A DNA stretch of 43,989 nucleotides from Saprolegnia diclina VS20 (Eukaryota), in NCBI RefSeq assembly GCF_000281045.1, contig NW_008246088.1:528675-572663 (forward strand), written 5' to 3'. Under the pieces are notes generated by a model, which had not been told where the DNA came from, made no database searches, and saw only the letters and a program-made list of their open reading frames with translations. The translations under genes were made by a program, and so were the position numbers. Of the stretch, positions 20,301-32,855 are shown piece after piece. Each line of letters starts with the position of its first letter. Within the stretch, counting starts at the first letter, position 1.

Positions 20301-21578
20301 GCGGCCGCCACCGACCAAGCCACCGTCACCCGCCGCTTTGAAGAGGCGCGCAAGATGCAAGAAGACGCCCTCTTTGGCGAGTGGCAGCAGAAGATGCAGC
20401 TGCAGCAGATGGAGCGCGCGCGGACAATGCAAGGCCTCAAGCGCGCACGCGACGGACGCCACCAAAAGGCGACAACAAATGAAACACTGGGCGACTCAAT
20501 GACGAGTCTCCCGCATCTCGAGTCGCACGACGATCATGTCTCGCTGCCTCTCTCGTCTGGAAGTAGCAGCCAACGTAGTAGCAGTGCTGCACCGGCGCCT
20601 TCACCCGACTCGTCGTCGTCGTCGGTGCTGCGACCACCCCCGAGTAGCACACGGCCTCCCGCACCAAGTACAATGGACCGTGCGTCGATGCAGCCGAGCC
20701 CCGTTGCGTCAAATGACAGTGTCCGATCACGGACCCGCCCATCACCAGTGTCACCAGTGGTGCTGGCGGCGCAACAACCCGCGCCGCCGGCAACGCCGTC
20801 ACCAGTGCCACCGACAACGCCGTCGCCCATACCGACGCTAGCAACTGTCGACGTCGCACCGCCCGCGCCCGAGGCACCTACAGTCGACGCAGGTCCTGCA
20901 TTCGATGTCGACAGCCAGATGCACGAGCGAGTCTTCTCCGCGTTGACGCCGCCGATGAGTGCGAGCTCCTTGTCGTCGATTTCAGCGTCGTCCGACCGCC
21001 AGAAGCAACTGTTGCGCATGGCGTTGGAGCAAGTGAGCAGCGACGAAGACGACGACGCAGCTGGAATGTTTGGACGTCCGTTCGACCTCCCACCGCTGCA
21101 GAACCACCGGCTCAGTGCGATCGAGCACGACCTCAAAATCGAGTTCTCCGAGCTGGGCTCGGATGCGGGCAGCCTCGAGCAGCGTCCGCTCTCGGACCTC
21201 GAGCGGGACCTCGAAGGCATGTTCAGTGACGACGACGTCAACAGCAGCTCGCTGTCGCACCTCGAGTCGCTTTTGCACTCGCCCAGCCACCGGCACAGCG
21301 TCTCGGCGCCCGTGACGCGCGCCCCGTCCCCCGATGACGAGCCGCCGCTATCTGCCCGCTCCAAGCTGCGTGATCTCCAGTCCAAGCTCACATCCCAGGA
21401 GCTGCAGACGCAACGCAGCGTCGACGAAGGTCTTCTCGCGGTCGGGGACTTGGCCGACCTCGTGCCCGTCAAGGCCACAGCGGTCGCAGTCGAGCCCTTT
21501 GAACGCGACGACGAGCACGAGCGGCTCATGGCCCGTGCCAAAGCGCTTTTGCGCGAACACCAATTCCGAACCAACTAG
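17322..21578 (+). CDS. TBC1D31: TBC1 domain family member 31 (WDR67): WD40 repeats, Rab-GAP TBC-like domain, coiled coil, low-complexity tail; multi-exon
   Basis: N-terminal LGTDEEGLLWPRRP and WD40 repeats (LRGHRHVPTCVSF..LTASADAVILWD); YEMYPERYRMLAWRFLLELPDN..YPIQNQRLFRRLQRVLSAIAHW..YLPAFVFPFIK; YPHFVVDYQ|ERNRI all match my recollection of TBC1D31. Confidence 0.88.
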
Positions 21579-21774
21579 CACAATAAGATACCCGTCGCCA
21601 TCAAACGAATATGTCATGTTTTGATTTTTGAGTTTTGAGTTTGGAGTTTGTGCGATTCGGTGTTGGAGCTTTGAGATTCGAGTTCCGTGACTATACTGCA
21701 TCATGCAGGACACAAACTGGCGTTGGCATTTTTGATAGAGGACAAGGTCCCTTGACAGCGGTGGTTGGAGGGCT

Positions 21775-21824
21775 GCCATACACTGGAAGTCGCCATACAC
21801 TGGAAGTCGCCATACACTGGAAGT
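21775..21824. repeat. 17-bp tandem repeat x3 (gccatacactggaagtc)
   Basis: Units at 21775, 21792 and 21809 (third lacks the final c), between the convergent 3' ends of TBC1D31 and NDUFV1. Confidence 0.95.
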
Positions 21825-21897
21825 ACAAGACCGCTGTATGCATGCGCAAGGACACTCAATTTGTGCAGGTTACTACGTCCGAGTGATTTCTACTTGT

Positions 21898-23455
21898 TTA
21901 CTTGGACGAGGCGTAGGCCGAGCCGTCGGCGTGCTTCTGGACCCACTCCTGGTTCGTGAACGGGGCGCCGGGCCACGACTTCTGGAAGTAGTCGGCCTTG
22001 TTGAACGACTTGGGGTTCTCAATGCGCTCGACAATCTTGTGCTTGAAGCGCTTGATGAGACCCTGGACGGGCCACGCGGCGGCGTCACCCAAGGCGCAGA
22101 TGGTGTGGCCTTCGATCTGGCGCGAGATTTCCTCAAGCATCGGGATCTCCTCCAAGTCGGCGTCACCCGTCTCCATGCGCGTGAGGATCGACTCCATCCA
22201 GCCCGTACCTTCACGGCACGGCGTGCACTGGCCGCAACTCTCGTGCGTGTAGAAGTGGCTCAAGCGGCGGATCGCACCGACCATGTCGACCGACTTGTCG
22301 AAGATCGTGACGGCGGCCGTCCCGAGACCCGACCCACCCGTGAGCTTGAGGTCGTCAAAGTCCATGTGGATGCTCTGGCACGTCGCTTCGTCCATGACGG
22401 GCACCGACGAGCCGCCGGGAATGCACGCCTGGAGGTTCGACCAGCCGCCACGGACGCCGCCGCAGTGCTTTTCGATCAAGTCGCGCAACGGGATCGACAT
22501 TTCTTCCTCGACCGTGCACGGGTTGTTGACATGACCTGAGATACAGAAAAGCTTCGTGCCGTGGTTGTTCTTGCGGCCAAAGCTGTTGAACCACGAGGCG
22601 CCACGGCGAAGGATGGTCGGCGAGACAGAGACTGTCTCGACGTTCGTGACCGTGGTCGGGCAGCCGTAAAGGCCCGTGTTGGCCGGGAACGGCGGCTTGA
22701 GGCGGGGCTTGCCCTGGCGGCCCTCAAGACTCTCGAGCAAGCCCGTTTCTTCGCCGCAAATGTACGCGCCCGCACCACGGTGGAGGTACACGTCAAAGTC
22801 GTAGCCGCTGCCGCACGCGTTCTTGCCGAGGAAGCCCTTCTGGTACGCCTCGTGGATCGCCTCCTGCAAGATGTGCGCTTCGTTGAAGAACTCGCCGCGA
22901 ATGTAGATGTACGCAGCACGGGCGCGCATGGCGTAGCCCGCAATCAAGCAGCCTTCGACGAGCTTGTGCGGGTCCTTACGCATGATCTCGCGATCCTTGC
23001 AAGTGCCCGGCTCCGACTCATCGGCGTTGACGACCAAGAAGGACGGGCGGCCGTCCGTCTGCTTGGGCATGAAAGACCACTTCAAGCCCGACGGGAAACC
23101 AGCACCACCACGGCCACGGAGGCCCGAGTCCTTCATTTCTTGGATGATCCACTCGGGGCCCATGTTGAGGAAGTCCTTCGTGCGGTACCAATCACCGCGC
23201 TTAAGGGCGCCGTCGATGCGCCACGTCTGCTCGCCGTACAGGTTGGTGAAGATTCGATCTTCGTCCTTCAAGCCGCCGTAGACGCGAGTCATGGCCGGGG
23301 TTTCCACTTGGGCGTTGGCGACGACGCGCGACGCATGGAGGGCGCGCGCTAAGGTTCACATATCAGATGTCTACCTTCCACCGCGATCGCATCTTCCCAC
23401 CTTGGGGCGCGAGCTTCTGGAGCGCAGCACGAGCGGCCTTGGTCGAGCGTTGCAT
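21898..23455 (-). CDS. NDUFV1: NADH:ubiquinone oxidoreductase 51 kDa flavoprotein subunit (2 exons, intron 23349-23400)
   Basis: [72 protein letters not shown]; first exon encodes an Arg/Ala-rich mitochondrial-type presequence [26 protein letters not shown]. Confidence 0.97.
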
Positions 23456-24786
23456 CTTCGTCCAGTCAGAACAGTCACTGACGAGGGCGTTTACTGCCAC
23501 ACAAATGGCATTGGCCAATCACAGGTGGCTTCAACCTCTGGCAATAAATACTTCCACGATATCGAATGCCACAGGATTCACTTTTGTACTTGAATTTTGT
23601 ATGTGCATAGTAACATCGAATCAGCAAATGGAATTCGTTGCATTCGAACACCAGCGAAGCCGCTGCCGTTGCAGGCAAGGAGTTGACCCACCAGTGTGGG
23701 AAACCCATGTGGGAAATGGTTGAAGCTTGATGTTTGTAAAATGCGTTTTTCATTTCACACAGCTCGTGTGGTGTGGTGGAGATTGCCCTTGACGGCAATG
23801 GCCCGAGCGGCCCATGAGTGCCTGAGGGAGAAGCTTGCACAAGAGACGGGACAAACATATCGATTGGCGTTTAGGGGCGACTTGAATACTAGGACGGTGG
23901 TAGTATATGCGCGAAGTCCTATGCACACTTAGAAATGTCTGTGTAGAACCCGAGTTGAAGTTGAACCAAACAATCCACACACCCAATTTACACTCAATTT
24001 GCGCTGATGTCGGGTGCTGGTGAGGTGCATAGTCTCTATTTCGGATGCCGCGGGAATCGCCTTGGACGTGGAAGTTAGGAGCCGGATGGCTACTGGGCCG
24101 GCCCACGCTGTCGGCCACACCAACCGAACGGTTGGAAGGCATCGTCGGCGTTCCTGCTGCAAGCTCTCTTCTTCGTCATCAACTGGGCCCTAGAGCAGAC
24201 GAAATCTGGATCTGCTGGCACCTCGCCGAAGAGAGGGCGTCTGCGTGCGTAACCCGTTGCTTTGGCACTTCAGTCATCCTGATCCTGGATCGACGATCCA
24301 TACATTTTGACCAATCCTCTGATCGCATCAGCAAGCACTACATACTTTGATGGGCCCAACCTCAAAGTTTGCCTGCAGAGCCGTTGAGCAATAGGACGTA
24401 TCGAGAATTGTTCTTTAGGACAGTGGACACCGGTTCATAGTACGCTCCAAGAGAATATTTCTCTCACACAAACAACCCTCCATGACCCTCCTGGTCACGC
24501 GCCACTGCCGCCTGTCCTGATAAAGAGAGGTACCGGCTCCTGTCGCCAACCAACGGAGGCGTGCTGCTGGCCTCCAATATGCCCATTGATCCAGGCCGGC
24601 AGCAAGGACAGCTATGAGGAGGTTCAAGTTGGACACTGTGATCAACGGCATCCGTTATCCGGATACTCGGTGAAAGCGACGGTATTTCCTAGATTTTTAC
24701 CGTATATTTACGGTTCCGGTTGCAACTGCTGCCGGATTGGCAATTGCTTGCCCATCTTCGCATCTTGTCCAAGTCGCAGGAAGCCA

Positions 24787-26838
24787 ATGTCGGGCGAAAC
24801 ACCCAGCGCCAAGGACGCTAACGCAGCCATCATGTCCTCTGCGCACACGGTCGAGGGCATGGACCGCGCCGAAGACGCCAACGCCCGCGTCATGATGAAG
24901 CTCTCGACCAACGCCAAGCGCGGCCTCGGCGGCGTCGTAGCGTGCGCGCTCGCGCAGGTCAACGACGGCTCTGCCCACCGCGAGTGGGCGCAAACATACT
25001 TTCGCTTCCTCATGGAGCAGTGCTTGGACCTTCCATTTCACATGATTGAAGGTCTTCTCCCGATCGTCGCCATGGAGCGGGCGCGGTCGTCGCGGGACAG
25101 GGCGGCCATGCTGGTCGACGACACTGCCGAGGACCACGTCTCCTTGACCCTCTCGCCGCGCACGCTGCGCGAGACGCCCATGAACAGTCGGCCCTTTGTC
25201 GCGCTTGTGGAAGCCGACATTTCACGCGACGAGCTCATCGCAGTTTTTCACTACATGCTCTGGAAGACGACGTACACGGTCGGGTACGACGCCCGCGCAC
25301 GAAGCATGTTTCGTTTCCTCGTGCACGAGATCCACGAGCTGCCTTGGACCGTCATCGCGTCCGAAGAGTCGGCGCTTGGTATGGCGCTCTTCCTCGAGGC
25401 GAATGAGCTCAAGAGCCGCAAGGTCGAGAGCCCGCGTCGGTGGGGCGACTGGAAGCGCAACCTCAAGATCGGCACGGCCGCTGTCGCCGGCGGCACGCTG
25501 CTCGCGCTCACGGGCGGTCTCGTGGCCCCGGCGCTCGCAGCGGGCTTTACTGCGCTTGGCGGCGTCGGCGCAGTCGTCGGGACAGCATTAGCCTCGGCGG
25601 GCGGGGTCACGGCCGCCACAGTGCTCTTTGGCACAGCCGGCGCAGGCCTCGCCGGCTACAAGACCGATCGGCGCACGTCGGGCATCAAGCAGTTTGAGTT
25701 TGAGCTCTTGACGGCCGGGAGTGGCATGAACGTGTACATTTGCATCTCGGGCTGGCTCGAGAACAACTCGGAGGCCGACTTTAAGCGGCCGTGGGGCACG
25801 CCGCGCGAGTACCTCCACGCGTTTTACAAGCAGTTCAACCCCGAGAAGATAGCGTCGATCGATGCGATGCTCGTGCGCTTCCGCGGCCGCGAAGACGACC
25901 TCTTTGCCTCGCTCCGGCGTCAATACGGCTTGGCCCCCGACGAAGACCCCGTACGCGACCGTCTCATCGATGCGACGGACTCAACTTGCATGCGTGGTAG
26001 GTGGGCGTGCGTCTCGAGACCGTAGCGGACGCCAAGGACGCACCGACGCCCGACCAGCTCCGCGCGTGGCAGTGGAAGCACCGCATGCCCCACGGCGACC
26101 AGTTTTGTCTCAAGTGGGAGAAGGACGTCTTGCTGCGCTACGGCACGTGCATTCGCAGCTTCACGTCCAAGATGGTGCTCGGCTACGCGCGCGGCGAGAT
26201 TGTCAAGTACACGGTGTTTGCGACGCTCTTTGCGGCCGCGGCGCTGCCGACCATGGTCGTCAACGCGTGCAGCTTCATTGACTCGGAGTGGACCATGGCC
26301 ATGAGTCGCGCCGACATGTGCGGGAAGCTCCTCGCCACTGCGCTGTTGCAACGCGAGCAAGGTTTGCGCCCCGTGAGCCTCGTCGGCTATGGCATGGGCG
26401 CGCGCCTCATTTTCGCATGTCTCAAGCACCTTGCTTCCGTACGCTTCCTTCGTCTCGCTGGCAACGTGATGGCTCATGGAAAGGGCTGTATAGGAAGATG
26501 GCGTGGGTCTGATTGAGAATGCAGTCTTGCTCGGGTGCCCGATCCCGGTCGTCGAAGACGACTGGGCGTCCGCGCGCAAGGTCGTAGCTGGCCGCCTTGT
26601 CAACGGCTACTCGGAGAACGACTGGATGCTCGCGGTCATGTACCGCTACCAGGTAATACCAAGATGGAAGCGTGTTTTGTACGATGCGGCGTAGGGCTGG
26701 GCGCTGGACTCGGCGGGTATTAGCCCCATTGAGGTCCACGGGGTCGAGAATGTGGATTTGAGCCAAGTCATTGGCGGGCATCTCGAGTACCCGACCAAGA
26801 TTGGGCTCATCCTGGATCTGCTGCACTTGGAAGACTAG
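24787..26838 (+). CDS. TMCO4: TMCO4 / DUF726 family alpha/beta-hydrolase-like membrane protein; multi-exon
   Basis: GYDARAR, KRNLKIGTAAVAGGTLLALTGGLVAP, ICISGWL, LKWE, IDSEWTMAMSRA, RPVSLVGYGMGARLIF, ENAVLLGCP, VVAGRLVNGYSENDWMLAVMYR, VENVDLSQVIGGHLEY. Confidence 0.85.
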
Positions 26839-26923
26839 AACTATGTCGACGAGCGGAATGTCATATGCGCAGAAAGTATAACCCATCTAAAGTTAGCCGT
26901 CTTGTATCGTTTGTCGTTGGAGC

Positions 26924-28501
26924 ATGGACGGCGACGACTGGACGCTCAAAGAAGATGAGGTAGCCCCGGCGGCCAACGTCGCGCCGCCCGCCTTCTTGAC
27001 CGAGACGGACGTACCGCACCCGTCGTCCGAGGGGCGCCGGATGGCCATTTCGCTGCCGCCCGACGACGACGAGAACAACACGGAGAGCGACGGCGATGAG
27101 AAAGGCAGCAAATACCGCGCCATGATCCAGCGAGCGGCCAAGCGAACGCTCATGATGGTGCGCGCCAAGACAGCGTCGCAGTCGCTCGAGCGCATCACGG
27201 TGCGCTTCTCGCCGAGCCAGCCGACGGAGCTGCCCCGCAGCGTGCAGCTGCCGCTCCTCAAGCAAAAGGTGCTAGCCCACAACAGCCTCGACGCCTCGTC
27301 CAAGACGGCGCGGCTCTTCAAGCACCTCTTTCAGACCTCGGTCGAGCTCGAAGCCATCGTCAAAGATGTGTTTTGGTACTTCATCGCGAACGAATTCCAG
27401 GTATTAGCACGTGTGTATGTTTGGAGGTCGCTAGTAGGACGTGTAGAGCGGACAGCACGCCACGCTCGAGTCGGACTTTACTTCGCGGATCGCGGATAAC
27501 TACACCAACCTCTTTTTGCGGCTGCAGGTCGACCCGTCGACCCGCGATTCGAGTTGCATTTTCGTAGTTTGGTGGGTTTCTGAATATATTGTAGATGTGC
27601 TCGCGCGTCTACCGGACGTACTCGCACAGCTCGTCTTCTTGGCGCTGCATGAAGCGTGCCCCATGTCACGCTACCTCCTCAACCGCGACGTCCAAGAACG
27701 CCTTGTGCGACGGTGTTTTTCTTGGTGGCCTTCTTGATAGTTTGATAATTTCGTTGATTCGTTGGTACTTGTAGGTTTGTGGGCTTTGAACCCAAGCAAA
27801 TCCAGCTCGAGCACTGGATGCCCGAGCTCTCCAAGCACGCACAGCGCAAGTCGGCGGCGCTCACCGACTTTCCCGCGCTTTGCAACCGCGTGCGCCGGAC
27901 CGAGCGCCTCGAACGCATCCGCGCCGGTGACGCGCTCCCCGAGACTGGCGCGTCGACGACGCCAGCGGTCGCTGAAGACGACCGCGACGGGCTTCCACGG
28001 ACCCACTTGCACTCGTTTACAAAGGAGCGCGTGGTCTACTCGCTGCGCAACTCGCCGTTGATTGGCAGCTTCTTAGCGCGCCATGGGCTCGAGAACAATG
28101 CGACTTGTTTGGCTGTCGACCTGCATCTCACGACAACGACGCCGCAAGACGCGCTCCACAGGACGCACGGCCCGCGCCAGCACCGCCGCGCAGTCCTCGA
28201 CGCGGTCTCGTACACGGAGCTCGTGGCCAAGTTTGAGGCCTACGGACGCCACCTCAAGGCGTCGTACTCGGACGAGCGCGCGAAAGCGGACGCGGCCAAC
28301 CGTGCGGACGCCAAGGTCACAATTGCGACCCACAAGAACCTTGCTGCGCAATATGCCTACATTGCGAGCCAAGACAAGGGCATCCACGAGCTCAGCAACG
28401 TGCTCGTGTGCCACGCCCAGCTCGAAGCCAAGGCAACGCGCCCAACCAAGCCCGCAGCGCGCCTGACGCCGTCCCGGCCGCAGTGTCGGCGACCAACGTG
28501 A
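26924..28501 (+). CDS. FAM227-like (FWWh domain) protein; multi-exon
   Basis: DVFWYF, RIADNYTNLF, PDVLAQLVFLALHEACPMS, SW..GFEP..EHW and YSLRNSPLI follow the order of motifs I recall for FAM227A/B; short introns near 27401-27446 and about 27726-27774. Confidence 0.65.
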
Positions 28502-28546
28502 CGCCGTCGCTCGGCACATAGTTGGGCATAGAAACTAGTCGTACAT

Positions 28547-29192
28547 TTAAAGTCGTTGAAGCCCCTTCTTTTTGGCCAATTTCTTCTTCCGCGCCGCCGC
28601 CGGGTCGTCGGTGCTGTCGTCGCGGGCGCGCTTGGGCGCAGCCGATGCAGTGCTCTCAGCGTCCGTCTTGAACTTGGACTTGGTAGCGTGAATGTCGGTG
28701 AGGATCTTGGCCCGGCGCGCGTACTCGTCGTAGCACTCCATGAAGAGCTTCCCAGCCTCGTCGTTCAGCGACGACTCGGGAAAAGGCACGATCAGGAGGC
28801 ACCGAATGACTTGCAGCACGTGCGAGAGGTCGAGGTCGGCGCTCCAGTCGCGCTTGAGCGTGTTGACGCAGATGTCGCCGTTGGACGCGATGTTCGGGTG
28901 GAAGATCTTGGTCAAGAAGACGCCTTTCGGCGGCGTAGTCGGGAAACCATCGGTCAGGAGCAGCTTCACCTCGAAGAAGCCACCGACGTACGGCGTCTCT
29001 TCGGGTCCGCGCAGCTCGACGTGGATCTCGGCGAGCGAGTCCTGCTCCAGAAGGCGGATCCCTTCCGGCGGGTTCGTCGCCAGCTGCCGGACCTCCTTGG
29101 CCACGCGCTGGAGGATCTGCGGCGAGAAGTTCTCATGGGCGGCCTACATGCAGCCATCGCTTGAGCCCGCGTTGCCGCCTGTCCCGTACCAT
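28547..29192 (-). CDS. UBE2S: Ubiquitin-conjugating enzyme E2 S (first coding exon is the ATG only; intron 29144-29189)
   Basis: M|AAHENFSPQILQRVAKE, GPEETPYVGG, FLTKIFHPNI..GDICVNTLKRDW, IRCLLIVPFPESSLNDEAGKL and basic C-terminal KKKGLQRL typical of UBE2S. Confidence 0.92.
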
Positions 29193-29602
29193 CGTCCGTG
29201 ACCGTGGAGCTTGGAAAAGGTGTGGGAAGGATGCACCAATCACCGCCGGCAGATTTCGAAATTTCAACCACTCATTGGGCGAGACAGTATTTTTTCGAAG
29301 GTTCATTGGACCATACAATCTTCTCTATACTTGGGCTTGGAATAAAATCTACGCCATTAAATGACGCATCGAGTAGACGCTCTGCATCCCAAGAGTGCTG
29401 GCTATCGAGATGGTCCGGTCCGCAGCGCCTGCCTCGCATTCCGCTTCTCGGCGTTTGCGCATGCTAAAGTCTATCGTATTCGGTGTCAATACTGGCACCG
29501 CCAGGTGGACTGCTTGGCTATCAACCTTCAACCGAGGTGAACGAGGGGTAGGGTTGCTGGCGTTTGGTGCCGGGAGTTTCAGCTGCAGACGACCGACCGA
29601 AA

Positions 29603-32054
29603 ATGGACACCACCAACGCATCGCCACCAGAATCTGCACCCTTAGCTGCAACAGCGACGACACCATTGGCCGCATCCGAGTCTACGCCGATAGCTGCAAC
29701 AGAGACGGCACTAGAGGCTGCGCCAGCTGACGAGTCAGCGCACCCGTTTGCTCCGCATGCGGGCGACGGCCCCAAGATGCCACCGACGTCGCCACGCCCG
29801 GTGATCACACCGTCGCTGCGTGCCACACCGCGAAGCGCGCCGACACCAAGTGCTGTGGCGCAGCAGAGCAGCACGCCACGCAGTGTACGCTTTGCAGACG
29901 AGAGCCTGACACCTCCAGCGTTGACGCCCGAGCCAAGCCACGAGCTACCCAAGGTGTCCCCGCCCAAGGCATCTGTACTTGGTACCCGGCGAAGCGCAAG
30001 CAAGAAGTACGCCATTACGGAGCTTCAAGAAAGCGGTAGCGACGATGCGGAAGACAAGCCGAAAGACGTCGCGCTCGAAGACGATCTCGAGCTCCCTGGG
30101 TTTGACCCGTCGATGCCAAAGCCCAAGCTCAAACTCAAACTGACGCGCCAGCTCACTTTTCAGCAGCGCCAGCGCCGGCAGATCCGCAAGCACAAACGTG
30201 TTTTGCTCGCGACATCCCACTCGCTCTTTGCGTTTGCTTCCTTTTGGTTTCGAACGCTCGTGAGTTTGCACACTCACGAGTGGATGGCGTACCTCCTGGT
30301 ACGATACGCATATCTCAATCTCAATTCTCAAAAACAGAATGCTAGATTGTGTTTGGCTTGCTCGGCGAATGCACGACACCCGGTCCACGCTACAACGTTG
30401 CGATCGGCGCGCTCCTCTTGACCGTACCCGTCAAAAAGGTAGCACATTGTCCATGGTGTCGGAATCTCAACATCAAAACCGTCGCTAGATTGAGCTCCAC
30501 TTGACGACGACCGGCATGGTTGTTGCGATTCTCGTGGACCTTTTCTGGCTCTGTCGCTCAGACGAACGAAGCTACGGCGCGATCTTCCCGTGGCAGCTCA
30601 CGTCGTTCTGCCGCGTCTGGACGGCGCTCTGCATGCTGCTAAAAGTGTGGCTCTCGCTCTCCGTGTACTGGTACCTCGACCCGCAACTCAAAACCACCCC
30701 GTCGCAACGACCGCTCAAGCCCTTCCACCTCAAGTGGCAGGTGCTTCTGGATCGGGCTCGCTTCTTCTTTCCGACAACAATTCTGCCGCCGCCGACGCAA
30801 ATGTCGAGGGCCGTCCTCCTCCGCATTGTCGCGCTGCTCTACATCTACTGCCTCGGCAGCGTCGTCTTGCTCTTCCTCGGTATCATTGCGTGCTTCTCCT
30901 TCACCATGTACCCGCAATTTCAAGTGGCGTCTCTGGGCATCCCCTTGCACTACATGCTTCTGACCTCGGGCGTCGCCTCAATGGCAGCACTGCTTTTGTT
31001 TTTGAGCAACTTGCACACGCCCATTTGGCGCTGCTTAAGTTTGCTCTGGCGCCTCGCCTCGTATACGGGGCCGCTCATTCACTGGCACGGCGTCGGCTAC
31101 ACGAACGACCTCAACTGGATCAAGATGGTCACGATCGCCAAGCTTGTGGACGCGTGCTGCGGCCTATACCTCTTCTTGGTGCTCTACGCGTCGTTCCACC
31201 AAGGCACGTCCTTCTATGGCGGTGTCACCGCGCTGCTCTTGATTGCGACCGGCTTTAACGTGCTACTGCAGTGCTGGGTGCCGCTGCTTTTGCTCGTCTT
31301 GTACAAGTTTATCAGTGTCATGGAGCAGACCCACCGGGACTATGATACATACCACCTCCTGCCGCGCAACTGGGACGCCGAGGACCACGCGGTCGAGAAC
31401 AGCAGCAGCGACGACGAGGATGCCAGCGACAGCGACGGCACGAACGAGTCGAGCTCCTCGTCTGCTTCATCGGCATCGTCGGAGAGTGACAGCGCGCCCT
31501 CCATATCGGAAAATGAGGCGGACAGTAGCCACGCGCGACGTCGCCGACGCCACGCGCGCCCGAGTGCGCCACCCGCCGACGTCTGGGTCCGGCACCACGA
31601 TGCGTACGACCGCGCCTATGTTCGCAATACGATCACGGGCGAGACCTTCTGGGACGATGAGGATGCGCCGGCCAATGAGGACGCGTCGCCGCTAAGCTGC
31701 ACGCTGTACATGACGCACGACGACTTCAAGTACTTTTGGAACAGTTTGGAGTACTCGGGGGGATTTGCGTGTCGGATTTGCGGGCTGCCGACGGTCGAGG
31801 CGCTCACAGAGCACCTCGCGGCCTGTCGCTTCTACGTCATCACCGACGGCATGGCGTCCGAGACGATCCGCGCCGTGTACTTGTACGCAATTCACTCGGC
31901 GACCATGGCGCATTTTCTCGGTGCGTTCCTTCTCGACAGCCTCAGCAACGAGCTTGAAGCCAAGTTCAAGTGCGACCAAGTTGAGATGGTGCCCGAGATC
32001 GTCCAGTGCCTCCAACTCAAGGTGCTCCTCGGCGACTACGAGCAACTCCGCTAA
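29603..32054 (+). CDS. Multi-pass membrane protein with WW-like domain and C-terminal beta-adaptin appendage-like domain; multi-exon
   Basis: Pro/Ser-rich N-terminus, many hydrophobic helices (30200-31320), acidic/Ser linker, WVRHHDAYDRAYVRNTITGETFW (WW-like), and C-terminal DDFKYFWNSL..LTEHL..YLYA..FL..AKFKCD. Introns near 30299-30345 and 30439-30489. Confidence 0.7.
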
Positions 32055-32675
32055 CCTTGTCTGCATTATGCATCCGTGTATGGGATCAAAGTATGTCCCC
32101 ACTCAGTCCATGCAAGGGAATTCCCTTGGCCAAGCACTCGTAGTACGAAAGATTTATGTCTGATGCTTGCTACCAGGGCATGATGCTGTCAACGAAAAGG
32201 TGTTGACCACGTTCAGGGTCTTTGCAGCAACTAGAACTGAATACTTCGACGAATTAATGGGGTGGTAAAGAAAAATGGCGTGTGTAGTTTGATGCATTGG
32301 AGAGGATGTTGGCATGGGGTCCTCCCAGAGGGAGGTCAGAAATTGGTGAAGCCGCATTGTTTGTAAGACGTCCACGGTAATCTTTAGTAAAAGGCGAAAG
32401 ATTAGTACGAGTAAACGCTTTACTGCGGGATGTTTATGCCCAGTGAAATTTTCTGACATTGCTACAAGTGAAAGTGCAATGAGCATAATTTTTGTTCCCC
32501 ACGTACGTTGAGTGGCAAATGACCAGGCAAGACACGGTCAAACGCGTTTTATTCCTGATTTTTGTAAGACTGACAAGAGAGACCAAATCCACTCGTGTCC
32601 TTAGCTATAGCCAATACCAGAGCTAATACACCGTCTCTCATATATTGTCTTCAAAGCATGAAGCTACTGCGGAGG

Positions 32676-32855
32676 NNNNNNNNNNNNNNNNNNNNNNNNN
32701 NNNNNNNNNNNNNNNNNNNNNNNNNNNNNNNNNNNNNNNNNNNNNNNNNNNNNNNNNNNNNNNNNNNNNNNNNNNNNNNNNNNNNNNNNNNNNNNNNNNN
32801 NNNNNNNNNNNNNNNNNNNNNNNNNNNNNNNNNNNNNNNNNNNNNNNNNNNNNNN
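32676..32855. other. Assembly gap (N run)
   Basis: Run of n. Confidence 1.

Noticed and set aside
21775..21824. Possible CRISPR-like array
   Set aside because: Direct tandem units with no spacers, in a eukaryotic context with no cas genes.
23475..24786. Short ORFs in the NDUFV1/TMCO4 divergent intergenic region, including the upstream extension of the 24586 ORF
   Set aside because: No motifs and non-ATG starts; the first plausible ATG for the TMCO4-like gene is 24787.
32154..32486. 110-aa minus-strand ORF in a lower-GC segment, possible transposon remnant
   Set aside because: No transposase, RT or other motif recognised; composition unlike the real genes here.
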